NCBI GenBank assembly: GCA_033763315.1
Contig: JANRKS010000019.1
Coordinates: 352,001 to 416,000, forward strand
Length of the DNA stretch: 64,000 nucleotides
From: Deltaproteobacteria bacterium
GTDB lineage: Bacteria > Myxococcota_A > Polyangia > Fen-1088
Direction: 5' to 3'
Shown here: positions 55,848 to 64,000 of the stretch, in pieces
Numbering within the stretch: position 1 is the first letter of the stretch
How the letters are laid out: each line of letters opens with the position of its first letter
Notes under the pieces: model-generated
What the model saw: the letters and a program-made list of their open reading frames with translations, nothing else
Databases searched by the model: none
Told to the model about the DNA's origin: nothing
Translations under genes and position numbers: made by a program

Positions 55848-56822
55848 ATGGACTCAATCGAACCCACGAACGCTCCTTCCACTGTCGCCGGCGTTGTTGC
55901 CATTGTGGGGGAGCCCAACGTTGGCAAGTCCACGCTCTTGAACCGAATTGTGGGCGAAAAGCTGGCCATTGTGACGCCGAAACCACAAACCACGCGGAAC
56001 CGAATCCTGGGCGTGTGGAACGGCGAGGGCGGCCAAATCGTGTTCGTTGATACGCCTGGCGTACACAGCGCCCGCACGGCGTTGGGCAAATTCATGGTCG
56101 ACGAGGCTTACCGCGCGCTCACAGGCGTGGATGTGGTGTTGATGGTGATCGATCTGTCGCGCGCCACGGGTGCGTCATCCCGCCATCTGCCGCGCGGCGC
56201 ACGCAAAGGTTCGGCCGTGGAAGCCGCGCTGCTCGAGCGCGTGAAGCAGTCAGGCCGGCCGGCGATCCTCGCGCTCAACAAGGTCGACGAGGTCAAAGAC
56301 AAAACGAAGCTGTTCCCGCTGCTTGAGCAGTGGAACGAATCGAACGACTTCGCCGCGTTGGTGCCCATCTCGGCTTCGAAAGGCAGCGGCGTGGACTCGC
56401 TGGTCAAGGAGCTGTGCAAGCATTTGCCCAAGGGGCCTCCGCTTTATGACGCCGACACGCTCACCGATCGCACTGAACGCTTCTTGGTGGGTGAGCTGAT
56501 TCGCGAACAGGTGTTCTTGCAGCTTTACCAAGAGCTGCCGTTTTCCACCGCTGTGGAAGTGGACATGTGGGAAGAGCGCCCGCAAAAAGGTGACGTTGTT
56601 ATCAACGCCACCATCGTTGTGGAGCGTGACAGCCAAAAGGCCATCGTGGTGGGCCATGGTGGCGCCACGATCCGCGACATCGGCAAGGCCGCACGCGAGG
56701 AGGCGACCAAACTTTTGGGGCGCCCCGCACATTTGAAATTGTTCGTGAAGGTGCAGCGCGACTGGACGTCGACCGCGCAGGCGATCGGACAATTGGGTTA
56801 TGACCCTGAAAGCAATTCGTAA
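55848..56822 (+). CDS. era: GTPase Era
   Basis: GEPNVGKSTL, PQTTR, DTPG, NKVD, KH domain QELPF. Confidence 0.96.
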   Translation: MDSIEPTNAPSTVAGVVAIVGEPNVGKSTLLNRIVGEKLAIVTPKPQTTRNRILGVWNGEGGQIVFVDTPGVHSARTALGKFMVDEAYRALTGVDVVLMVIDLSRATGASSRHLPRGARKGSAVEAALLERVKQSGRPAILALNKVDEVKDKTKLFPLLEQWNESNDFAALVPISASKGSGVDSLVKELCKHLPKGPPLYDADTLTDRTERFLVGELIREQVFLQLYQELPFSTAVEVDMWEERPQKGDVVINATIVVERDSQKAIVVGHGGATIRDIGKAAREEATKLLGRPAHLKLFVKVQRDWTSTAQAIGQLGYDPESNS

Positions 56823-58531
56823 TGGCCAAGCGACCGAACCCCCGAGACACAGCGCCTTCGCTGCCCCAAGAATCCCTCGATAAATTGCCCCTCGTGGCGT
56901 TGGTGGGGCGCCCGAACGTGGGCAAGTCTTCCCTGTTTAACCGCTTGGTGGGTGGCCGCCCCGCGCTTGTCGAAGATGAACCTGGTGTCACACGCGATCG
57001 TCGTTATGGTGTGGTTCATTGGCAGCGCGCACAGTTGCGCGTTGTGGACACAGGTGGCTTGGATCCCTCCGCCGAAGGCATTCTGGGTGCCATGCGCGGG
57101 CAAACGCTGCGTGCCGTGGACGAAGCCGACGTATTGATGTTGGTGGTCGATGCTCACGCGGGCGTGACCGCGCTTGACGCCGAGGTGGGTCGCGCGCTTC
57201 GCCGCACGGGCAAGCCCGTGGTGGTGGCGGCGAACAAGGTGGATCACGACAAACGCGAAGCGTTCGCCAGCGACGCCCACTCGTTGGGGTTCAACCTCGT
57301 GTTTCCGGTGTCGGCCGCCCACGGCCGTGGCGTGGGCAACCTGATGGACGCCGTTTTGGAAGTGCTGGGCGAACGCGTGACGTACGCGCCCAAGCCCGAA
57401 AAGCAATCGCGTCGCCGATCGCGTCGCATGGCCGACGATGACGAAGTGGACGAAACCAGCCAGGAGCTGACCGAGCTGCTCGGCATTCCCAAGCCCAAGC
57501 CCGCCCCCGAACCGGTGGACGAAGAAGAGCCGCGCGGAGAGTTTGAGGCGCCAGAGCCTGCGCCGGAAGCACCCGTGCGCCGCGACGATCTCAATCGTCC
57601 GATTCGCCTCGCCTTGGTGGGCAAGCCCAACGTTGGCAAATCGTCGCTTGTGAACCGTCTGTTGGGCGAAGAGCGCGTTTTGGTGCACGACGAGCCCGGC
57701 ACCACACGCGACCCAATCGATTCGCCATTTTCACACAACGGCAAAGAATTCGTGCTGGTTGACACCGCGGGCCTGCGTCGCCGCAAAGTTGTGAAGACTT
57801 TGACGGAAGCCGTTTCGGCCAAGATGTCGCGCGATCAGATCGAGCGCGCCGACGTTGTGGCTCTGGTTGTGGATCTGGAGGCGGGCGCCAGCGACGACGA
57901 CGCAAAGCTGGCGTCGTTCGTTGAAGAAACCGGCCGCGCGCTGGTTGTGGTGCTGAACAAAGCCGACGCGGTGACGCGTTCACAATTGGACGGCAAGGTT
58001 CAGCAATGCAAAGAGCGGCTAAGCTTCGTGTCCTGGGCCACGTTCGTGATTGCCTCGGCCATGACGGGCAAAGCGGTGGACAAGATCATCGACGCGGCCG
58101 CCGAAGCCTTTGCTTCTTGGACGCGACGGGTTCCAACCGCGGAGCTCAACCGCAATTTCGAAGACATGATCACGCGCCGGCCACCCCCGTCGGGGCCCTC
58201 GGGCCGGCACGTGCGGCTTTATTACGCCACGCAGGCGGCTGTGGCGCCGCCCATGTTTTTTATCAGCGCGAACCTGGAGAAGGCCGTGGGCCAGCCTTAT
58301 CGGCGGTACCTCACAAACCAGTTCCGCAAGATCTATGGCTTCGAGGGCAGCCCTCTGAAGGTTGTGGTGCGCGGCCGCACCCAAGCCGAGGAAGATGAGG
58401 CGGCAAACAAGCCCACGAAAAAGCCGAGCAAAAAGCTCGGCGCACAGGCGGCCAAGCGCGAGAAGAAGTCCGCCAGCCGCAAGAGCGCCAGCAGCGCAAA
58501 GCCAACGAAGAGCGCGCGCACCCGCGTTTAG
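56822..58531 (+). CDS. der: Ribosome biogenesis GTPase Der (EngA)
   Basis: Two G domains (GRPNVGKS/GKPNVGKS, GVTRD/GTTRD) and a KH-like C-terminal domain. Confidence 0.96.
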   Translation: MAKRPNPRDTAPSLPQESLDKLPLVALVGRPNVGKSSLFNRLVGGRPALVEDEPGVTRDRRYGVVHWQRAQLRVVDTGGLDPSAEGILGAMRGQTLRAVDEADVLMLVVDAHAGVTALDAEVGRALRRTGKPVVVAANKVDHDKREAFASDAHSLGFNLVFPVSAAHGRGVGNLMDAVLEVLGERVTYAPKPEKQSRRRSRRMADDDEVDETSQELTELLGIPKPKPAPEPVDEEEPRGEFEAPEPAPEAPVRRDDLNRPIRLALVGKPNVGKSSLVNRLLGEERVLVHDEPGTTRDPIDSPFSHNGKEFVLVDTAGLRRRKVVKTLTEAVSAKMSRDQIERADVVALVVDLEAGASDDDAKLASFVEETGRALVVVLNKADAVTRSQLDGKVQQCKERLSFVSWATFVIASAMTGKAVDKIIDAAAEAFASWTRRVPTAELNRNFEDMITRRPPPSGPSGRHVRLYYATQAAVAPPMFFISANLEKAVGQPYRRYLTNQFRKIYGFEGSPLKVVVRGRTQAEEDEAANKPTKKPSKKLGAQAAKREKKSASRKSASSAKPTKSARTRV

Positions 58532-59076
58532 AACACGCGGTACGAAACCCGCAGCGATACCGTAGCCAGCTGCGGCGTTTCACCGAAGGTGTCGCTGCCG
58601 GTCAGTTGCACCGGCAGATACGTGTAACGGCCGATGAGGCCCACGCTGTAGCGGGGGTTCAATAAATAGTCTGCGCCCAAGCCAACCTGCAGGCCAACGT
58701 CGCTGCGCTTGTCGGCCACACCGCCGCCCACGCCCAACACGCATACGCTGCCTTCAACAAATGGCAGCAACCGCAGCACGTCTAAAGAATAGGTGATGCC
58801 TAGGGCGGCATGGCCCACGCGCACAACGGCGTCCTGGTTCACGCGCTCAAGCCACGCCGCCTCAACCGCGGCCCGCGCGGCCCAAGCGTCGTTGAACCCA
58901 TATTGCGCATCCACCCCCACAATTGCCCCGAGCGGGGAAGCGCCGTCGGCGGCCACCCGCGCACCGCCGGCGCTCACACCGAACTGCCATTCCTCTTCGG
59001 CCGCGGCCCAGGCACGAGTGGGCACAAGATACCCAAAAATCATCCATGCAAAAACGAGCCAGCAGCGTCGGAACAC
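58528..59076 (-). CDS. Small outer-membrane beta-barrel protein
   Basis: Signal peptide (AWA|A), about 8 amphipathic strands, C-terminal VSYRVF. Confidence 0.7.
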   Translation of the reverse strand: MFRRCWLVFAWMIFGYLVPTRAWAAAEEEWQFGVSAGGARVAADGASPLGAIVGVDAQYGFNDAWAARAAVEAAWLERVNQDAVVRVGHAALGITYSLDVLRLLPFVEGSVCVLGVGGGVADKRSDVGLQVGLGADYLLNPRYSVGLIGRYTYLPVQLTGSDTFGETPQLATVSLRVSYRVF

Positions 59077-59210
59077 GCCACCACTATACCCGGCGCTGCC
59101 TTCCGCGGCTGGCCGTCAGCACACCTGGGGTTGGGCTCTTGGCACCCGAACGGCCTTGGCAGCCAGCATCATGTTGACCCGGCGGGGTGTGGATGTTAAT
59201 CCCGAGGGCC

Positions 59211-59987
59211 GTGGCTAAGAAAAAGCACAAAGACGAAATCGAAGAATTGAAGGCTCCCGACCAATTCGTGTCGTTCTGGACGCGGGTGGGGGAACGGCTG
59301 TCTCGGCACCGTCGCGGCTTGGTCACGATCGTCGTCACCGTCTTGGCGGCGACGGCGGCCTTGCAAGTCGGCCGTTATGTCTTTTCAAAGCGCGACGGCG
59401 AAACGTCGCGGGCCTTCGCCAAGATCGAGCAAATCGCCACCGCGGGCCTCATTCCTGCCGAAGGGGAGCCGCCCAAGTTCGATGACGGCGTCGCGCACTT
59501 TAAGACCGACGAAGAGCGTAAACAGGCCGCTCTCAAAGAAGCCGAAACATTCCTGGCCGCCCACAGCAAAGGCAAGTTGGCCGCTATGGCCAAGCTGCTT
59601 AAGGCCAGTTTCCTTCGCGATTTGGGCAAGAACGACGAAGCCATCGCGCTTTACCAGCCGTTGACCTCCAGCGACGATTTGAGCGCGGAGCTGCAGCTCG
59701 TGGCCCTGGACGGTCTCGCGTTGGCGCAAGAGGCGGCCGGCCAAATTGATGCGGCCCTCGCCACGCTCGATAAACTTCACACGGCCGCCAAAGCGCAACA
59801 GGGCTTCCTGGGTGATCGCGCGCTTTACACCAAAGCGCGTCTGCTTGAGTCCAAAGGCAAAGCCGAAGAGGCCAAGGCTTTGTACAAGTCGATCAGCGCC
59901 GATTATCCCAACACAACTTTGCGTGAAGAGGTCACCCGCCGTCTCGCCTTGCTTGACGAGGCCACCAGCGGCGCGGCCACGCCTTGA
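59211..59987 (+). CDS. YfgM-like membrane-anchored TPR protein
   Basis: ELKAPDQF, single TM helix, TPR helices, directly upstream of a BamB-like gene. Confidence 0.75.
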   Translation: MAKKKHKDEIEELKAPDQFVSFWTRVGERLSRHRRGLVTIVVTVLAATAALQVGRYVFSKRDGETSRAFAKIEQIATAGLIPAEGEPPKFDDGVAHFKTDEERKQAALKEAETFLAAHSKGKLAAMAKLLKASFLRDLGKNDEAIALYQPLTSSDDLSAELQLVALDGLALAQEAAGQIDAALATLDKLHTAAKAQQGFLGDRALYTKARLLESKGKAEEAKALYKSISADYPNTTLREEVTRRLALLDEATSGAATP

Positions 59988-60010
59988 TCGATCCACCAGC
60001 AGATTTCAAA

Positions 60011-61180
60011 GTGACTAAGCGCGTGCGCGAGCAGCATCAAGCTTGTGCCTTTGTGGTGGCGATGGCCTCGCTCCTGTGTGGCTGCCAAGCCTCGACGGTG
60101 CGGCGCCCTTACGAGCAAACCAGCCGCAACGAAGCCACGGGTGGCGTTCTGTCACTGCTCTGGCGCTCTGACGTTCATGTCCACGCTTTGTTCGAGCCCG
60201 CGCCTGAGGAATGTGCGCGTGGCGCGCTCGTGGGCAAACGATTGGTGCTTGGCTCACGCAACCGCAAGGTGGCCGCGTTCGACACCGACAGCGGGCAACG
60301 CCTTTGGCAAAAAAACGTTGGCGCGCAGGTGGAAAGCGAAGCGGCCTACGACCCAGCCCGCGGCCTCGTGTATCTGGGCGCCAATGATGGGCAGCTGTTG
60401 GCCCTGGACCCCGCGGACGGCAACATTCGATGGCGGTATCAGGCCGAAGGCGGCATCGCAAACGCTCCGCTGCTGGTGGGCGACAACCTTTACTTTTCCA
60501 CCAACCGGGGCCGGCTTTACGCGGTTTCCGCCTCCACGGGCAAGTTCCTATGGGACTATGAACGCGAGCGGCCCGACGAGTTCACGATTCACGGCGATTC
60601 TTCGCCTCGCTTGTTCGGCGATCGGCTTTACGCGGGGTTCTCTGATGGCTTCTTAACGGCCTTGCGCCCCGGCACGGGTGACGTGGAATGGGCTCGCAGC
60701 TTGGCCTCGGGCTCGAATCAATACGTCGACGTCGACACGACGCCGGTGATGGTGGATGGCACCTTGATCGCAGGTTCACACTCGGGCGGCATATACGGTT
60801 TGCACCCCACTGACGGCCTTGTGAAGTGGCGCGTGCCCGTGGAAGGCGCGGGCAGCCCGGCCCAATGGGGCACCCAAGTTTATTTCGTGGCGCCTCGAGA
60901 AGGGCTACACGCGCTTGATGGCCGAACGGGGCACATCACTTACCGCCGCGGCCTCACGGGCGCCGGCGCGGTGACCACGCCACAGGTGGTGGGGCCTTAT
61001 CTGGTGTTCTCGGGCAGCCGTACCGGAATCTACGTTGTGGATCGCGAAACCGGTCGTTTGCGGCAAACGTTTTTCCCTGGCCGCGGCATGTGCGCATCGC
61101 CCACAGTCGACGAAGAACACCGCCGGCTCTACGCGCTTTCGAACGGCGGCACGCTCTACGCGTTCTCGATGAATTGGTAG
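60011..61180 (+). CDS. bamB: BamB-like PQQ-repeat beta-propeller lipoprotein
   Basis: Lipobox LCGC; repeated A-x-D-x-x-(T/S/D)G-x-x-x-W; DVDTTP; start uncertain. Confidence 0.7.
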   Translation: MTKRVREQHQACAFVVAMASLLCGCQASTVRRPYEQTSRNEATGGVLSLLWRSDVHVHALFEPAPEECARGALVGKRLVLGSRNRKVAAFDTDSGQRLWQKNVGAQVESEAAYDPARGLVYLGANDGQLLALDPADGNIRWRYQAEGGIANAPLLVGDNLYFSTNRGRLYAVSASTGKFLWDYERERPDEFTIHGDSSPRLFGDRLYAGFSDGFLTALRPGTGDVEWARSLASGSNQYVDVDTTPVMVDGTLIAGSHSGGIYGLHPTDGLVKWRVPVEGAGSPAQWGTQVYFVAPREGLHALDGRTGHITYRRGLTGAGAVTTPQVVGPYLVFSGSRTGIYVVDRETGRLRQTFFPGRGMCASPTVDEEHRRLYALSNGGTLYAFSMNW

Positions 61181-61195
61181 CGAGCCGTTCAGCCG

Positions 61196-61891
61196 CTAAG
61201 TGCCCGAGTTCGTCAGGCGGCGCACCAGCTCTTTGATGCGACGGCCGCCGCCCGCATCGCGTGCGCGCCATTCCAAGCCAAAGCCGCTTTCGTCACCCGA
61301 GCGGCCGGTCCAGGCGACGCGGCCGGAGAATGACATCGCACGCGCGGCACCGGGTGGCGCGAGTTCCAGAATCACCTCGCCCTCACGGCCCATCGGAGGT
61401 TCAGTTTCCACAAAGGCTCCGCCGTGCCCGATGTCACGCAAGGTTCCCGTGCGCGGCTCTTGCTCGCCGTCGAACCACCACGACACAGGCATGGCCAGGC
61501 GAATGCGTTCGTGACGGCGCCGGCTCTTCACAGAATCACCCGCCGGGGCCACTTCGTGCACGAAATCTAACTTGGGCCTTTCAGACTCGTTGAACTGCAC
61601 GCCCACGCCAGCGCGCACCTTATCGGCGTGCTTGCCGGGACGCCGCCAGCACACGGCGCCTTCGAGGTGAAGGGGAGGGCGCCGGCGGCCGAGCCTCACC
61701 AGCACCTTAACCGGAAAGCCTGGTGGCAATTTGCGGCGGGTGGGGCAAAAGACGATTCCACCGTCATCGGTGGCCTCGAACGCATCGAAGAATTCCTGCC
61801 GGCTGCGGAACAGAAATTCGAACGGCGCCCAACCGCGGGGGTCACCCGGGATATGCACAAAATCGGTTGCTTTTGAACCCACGGAAGGCAT
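61196..61891 (-). CDS. Tandem PilZ-domain protein
   Basis: C-terminal domain has RRHER and DIGHGG c-di-GMP motifs; N-terminal PilZ-like domain lacks RxxxR. Confidence 0.8.
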   Translation of the reverse strand: MPSVGSKATDFVHIPGDPRGWAPFEFLFRSRQEFFDAFEATDDGGIVFCPTRRKLPPGFPVKVLVRLGRRRPPLHLEGAVCWRRPGKHADKVRAGVGVQFNESERPKLDFVHEVAPAGDSVKSRRRHERIRLAMPVSWWFDGEQEPRTGTLRDIGHGGAFVETEPPMGREGEVILELAPPGAARAMSFSGRVAWTGRSGDESGFGLEWRARDAGGGRRIKELVRRLTNSGT

Positions 61892-61920
61892 CCTGCTTTA
61901 TCGAAACGGGGGAATACTAC

Positions 61921-63078
61921 CTGCGACTTGACGACTTTGACTACTACTTACCACCTGAGCACATCGCATCCCACCCCCCTGAAGAACGGGATGCCGCTCG
62001 CTTGCTCATCTTGGACCGGTCTGGAAGCGGTTTCAAATTTGGCGTCTTCCGCGACCTGTTAGACCAGCTCCGCCCACAGTCAGTGTTGGTGCTCAACGAC
62101 ACGCGGGTCATACCCGCGCGGTTGGACGGGCGCAAGTTGACGGGCGGCAAGATAGAACTGTTATTGGTTCGTCCCCTGCCTGACCAAGACGCGTCAAAAG
62201 CGCCTGGAACACCTGGCTTTCGAGAGGTGTGGGAAGTCATGGCGAAAGGATTGGGAAGCAAGGCGGAAGGCTCACGAATTGATCTGGGTCCGGATTTCTC
62301 GGCAACGGTCCTTCTACCAGGGACTCAAGGAAGCTACAAGGTGGCCCTGGAGAGCCAGGTGTTTGCCAGCGCTCTGGATGCGGCCGCGGCCTATGGACGC
62401 GTGCCGTTGCCTCCCTATATAGAGGCACAACGTAGGCGGGCCTTTGAAGAGCGCGGCCTGCCGGCCCCGCGCAACACGGCAACTGAAGACGACCTGGAGC
62501 GGTACCAAACGGTTGTGGCCCGGGTGCCTGGCGCCGTGGCCGCGCCCACCGCTGGCCTGCACTTCACCCCCGAATTGCTCGACGAAGTGCGGCGCCGCGG
62601 CCATGAAGTGGTCACCGTCACCCTGCACGTGGGCCCAGGCACGTTTCGCCCGGTTCAGGTGGAGGATCCGCTACTTCACCGAATGGACGTTGAGCACTAT
62701 GACATCCCCGCGGCCACCCACGCCGCCATCGTGAAAGCGAAGGCGGAGGGGCGGCCCATTGTTGCGGTTGGTACAACCGTTGTGCGCACATTGGAAGGCG
62801 CCGCCGCGCTCGGCTTTGCGCCCGGCCCCGGCAGCACGGACATCTTCATTAAGCCCGGCGACACGTTTTCGATCGTCACAGATCTCGTCACCAATTTTCA
62901 CCTGCCCAAATCCACCTTGTTGATGTTGGTGGCGGCGTTCGCAGGCCATGCGCACGTGATGGCCGCCTACAAGGCTGCGATCGAAGCTAATTTCCGTTTC
63001 TATAGCTACGGGGACGCTATGTTCATTTCGCCGTGGGCACAGCCTCAGATTCAGAACAAGAGCGACAATCATCCATGA
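61921..63078 (+). CDS. queA: S-adenosylmethionine:tRNA ribosyltransferase-isomerase
   Basis: DFDYYLP, NDTRVIPARL, PLPPYI, AAPTAGLHF, TNFHLPKST, FYSYGDAM; start probably CTG 61921. Confidence 0.95.
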   Translation: MRLDDFDYYLPPEHIASHPPEERDAARLLILDRSGSGFKFGVFRDLLDQLRPQSVLVLNDTRVIPARLDGRKLTGGKIELLLVRPLPDQDASKAPGTPGFREVWEVMAKGLGSKAEGSRIDLGPDFSATVLLPGTQGSYKVALESQVFASALDAAAAYGRVPLPPYIEAQRRRAFEERGLPAPRNTATEDDLERYQTVVARVPGAVAAPTAGLHFTPELLDEVRRRGHEVVTVTLHVGPGTFRPVQVEDPLLHRMDVEHYDIPAATHAAIVKAKAEGRPIVAVGTTVVRTLEGAAALGFAPGPGSTDIFIKPGDTFSIVTDLVTNFHLPKSTLLMLVAAFAGHAHVMAAYKAAIEANFRFYSYGDAMFISPWAQPQIQNKSDNHP

Positions 63079-64000
63079 ATCCCGTTTTTGTTGAGGAGGC
63101 CCGCGATGGTCAAGCCCGCGCGGGCCGGCTGCGGACCGCTCACGGCGAAATTCAAACGCCCGTATTCATGCCCGTAGGCACTCAGGCCACCGTCAAATCG
63201 CTGTGCAGCGCTGACCTAGAGTCGCTGGGCGCGCAAATCATCCTCGGCAACACGTACCATCTGGCGCTGCGTCCTGGGGCTGAGCTCATCCGGAACCTTG
63301 GTGGCCTGCACGGTTTCATGTCGTGGAAGGGCAGCATCCTCACCGATTCGGGCGGCTTTCAGATCTTCAGTTTGGCCGAGCGCCGCAAGCTCGACGATGA
63401 TGGCGTCACTTTCTCGTCGCACATCGACGGCAGCCCGCAGCGGTTCACACCCGAAAGCGCGATGCAGATCCAGGCCGATCTCGGCAGCGACATCGCGATG
63501 GCCTTCGACGAGTGTCCCGCCGCGGACGCGCCTCGCCAGACCGTGGTGGCCGCGATGGAACGCACCACCCGGTGGGCCCAGCGCTGCTTAACCGTGGCGC
63601 CGTCGCCCGGGCAGCTGCGCTTCGGCATCATCCAAGGTGGAACGGATGTGGCGCTGCGAACGCAGCACTTGGAGCAGATGGCGCCCTTAGGCTTCGACGG
63701 CTTGGCGCTTGGCGGGCTCTCGGTCGGCGAGCCACCGCCGGTCATGCACGAAGTGGTCACGACGATGGCGCCACGCATGCCGCGCGGCCGCGCCCGCTAC
63801 CTGATGGGCGTGGGCACGCCACGCGACCTGCTGATCTGCATTCGCGCAGGCATCGACATGTTCGATTGCGTGATGCCCACGCGCAACGCCCGCAATGGTC
63901 ACCTGTTCACGCATGAGGGGCACGTCAACATTGGCAATGCCGCCCACAAAACGGACCAGCGACCGGTGATGGAAGGCTGCCCTTGCTACGGATGCAGCCG
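63075..64000 (+). CDS. tgt: tRNA-guanine transglycosylase, 3'-truncated by the window edge
   Basis: ATGA overlap with queA; TPVFMPVGT, TDSGGFQ, AFDECP, GGLSVGE, YLMGVG, DMFDCVMPTRNARNG. Confidence 0.96.
   Translation, partial: MNPVFVEEARDGQARAGRLRTAHGEIQTPVFMPVGTQATVKSLCSADLESLGAQIILGNTYHLALRPGAELIRNLGGLHGFMSWKGSILTDSGGFQIFSLAERRKLDDDGVTFSSHIDGSPQRFTPESAMQIQADLGSDIAMAFDECPAADAPRQTVVAAMERTTRWAQRCLTVAPSPGQLRFGIIQGGTDVALRTQHLEQMAPLGFDGLALGGLSVGEPPPVMHEVVTTMAPRMPRGRARYLMGVGTPRDLLICIRAGIDMFDCVMPTRNARNGHLFTHEGHVNIGNAAHKTDQRPVMEGCPCYGCS

Overview
GC-rich bacterial chromosome segment, almost certainly Myxococcota and probably Polyangia-like (bacNOP bactofilins, a MYXO-CTERM sorting signal, CGNG cysteine-rich repeats, TPR/lipoprotein pairs). 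The backbone is mostly core genome: purF, prfB (programmed +1 frameshift)-lysS-lolE-lolD-bamA-skp-fabZ, a GldA/F/G-like ABC operon, three tRNAs (Gln-CTG, Gln-TTG, Glu-CTC), dinB, hslO, era-der, yfgM-bamB-like and queA-tgt. Many lineage-specific secreted and signalling genes are interspersed. I saw no integrase, transposase, prophage or CRISPR array. The best candidate for an under-described system is a five-gene ECF sigma cell-surface signalling cassette with no TonB-dependent receptor (24477-29314); a shared promoter motif, TGACGAA-N17-TCYAAC, lies in front of both the sigma gene and the last lipoprotein gene. Other notable items: lpxD and lpxA are missing from the bamA-skp-fabZ cluster; two sigma54-type promoters flank a 60-aa ORF; an 8 x ~80-aa Cys repeat shows a co-varying Cys pair; there is an RGG-rich disordered protein and a probable pseudo-histidine kinase; and queA likely starts at CTG. 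All protein calls come from motif recognition by eye; no database search was run.
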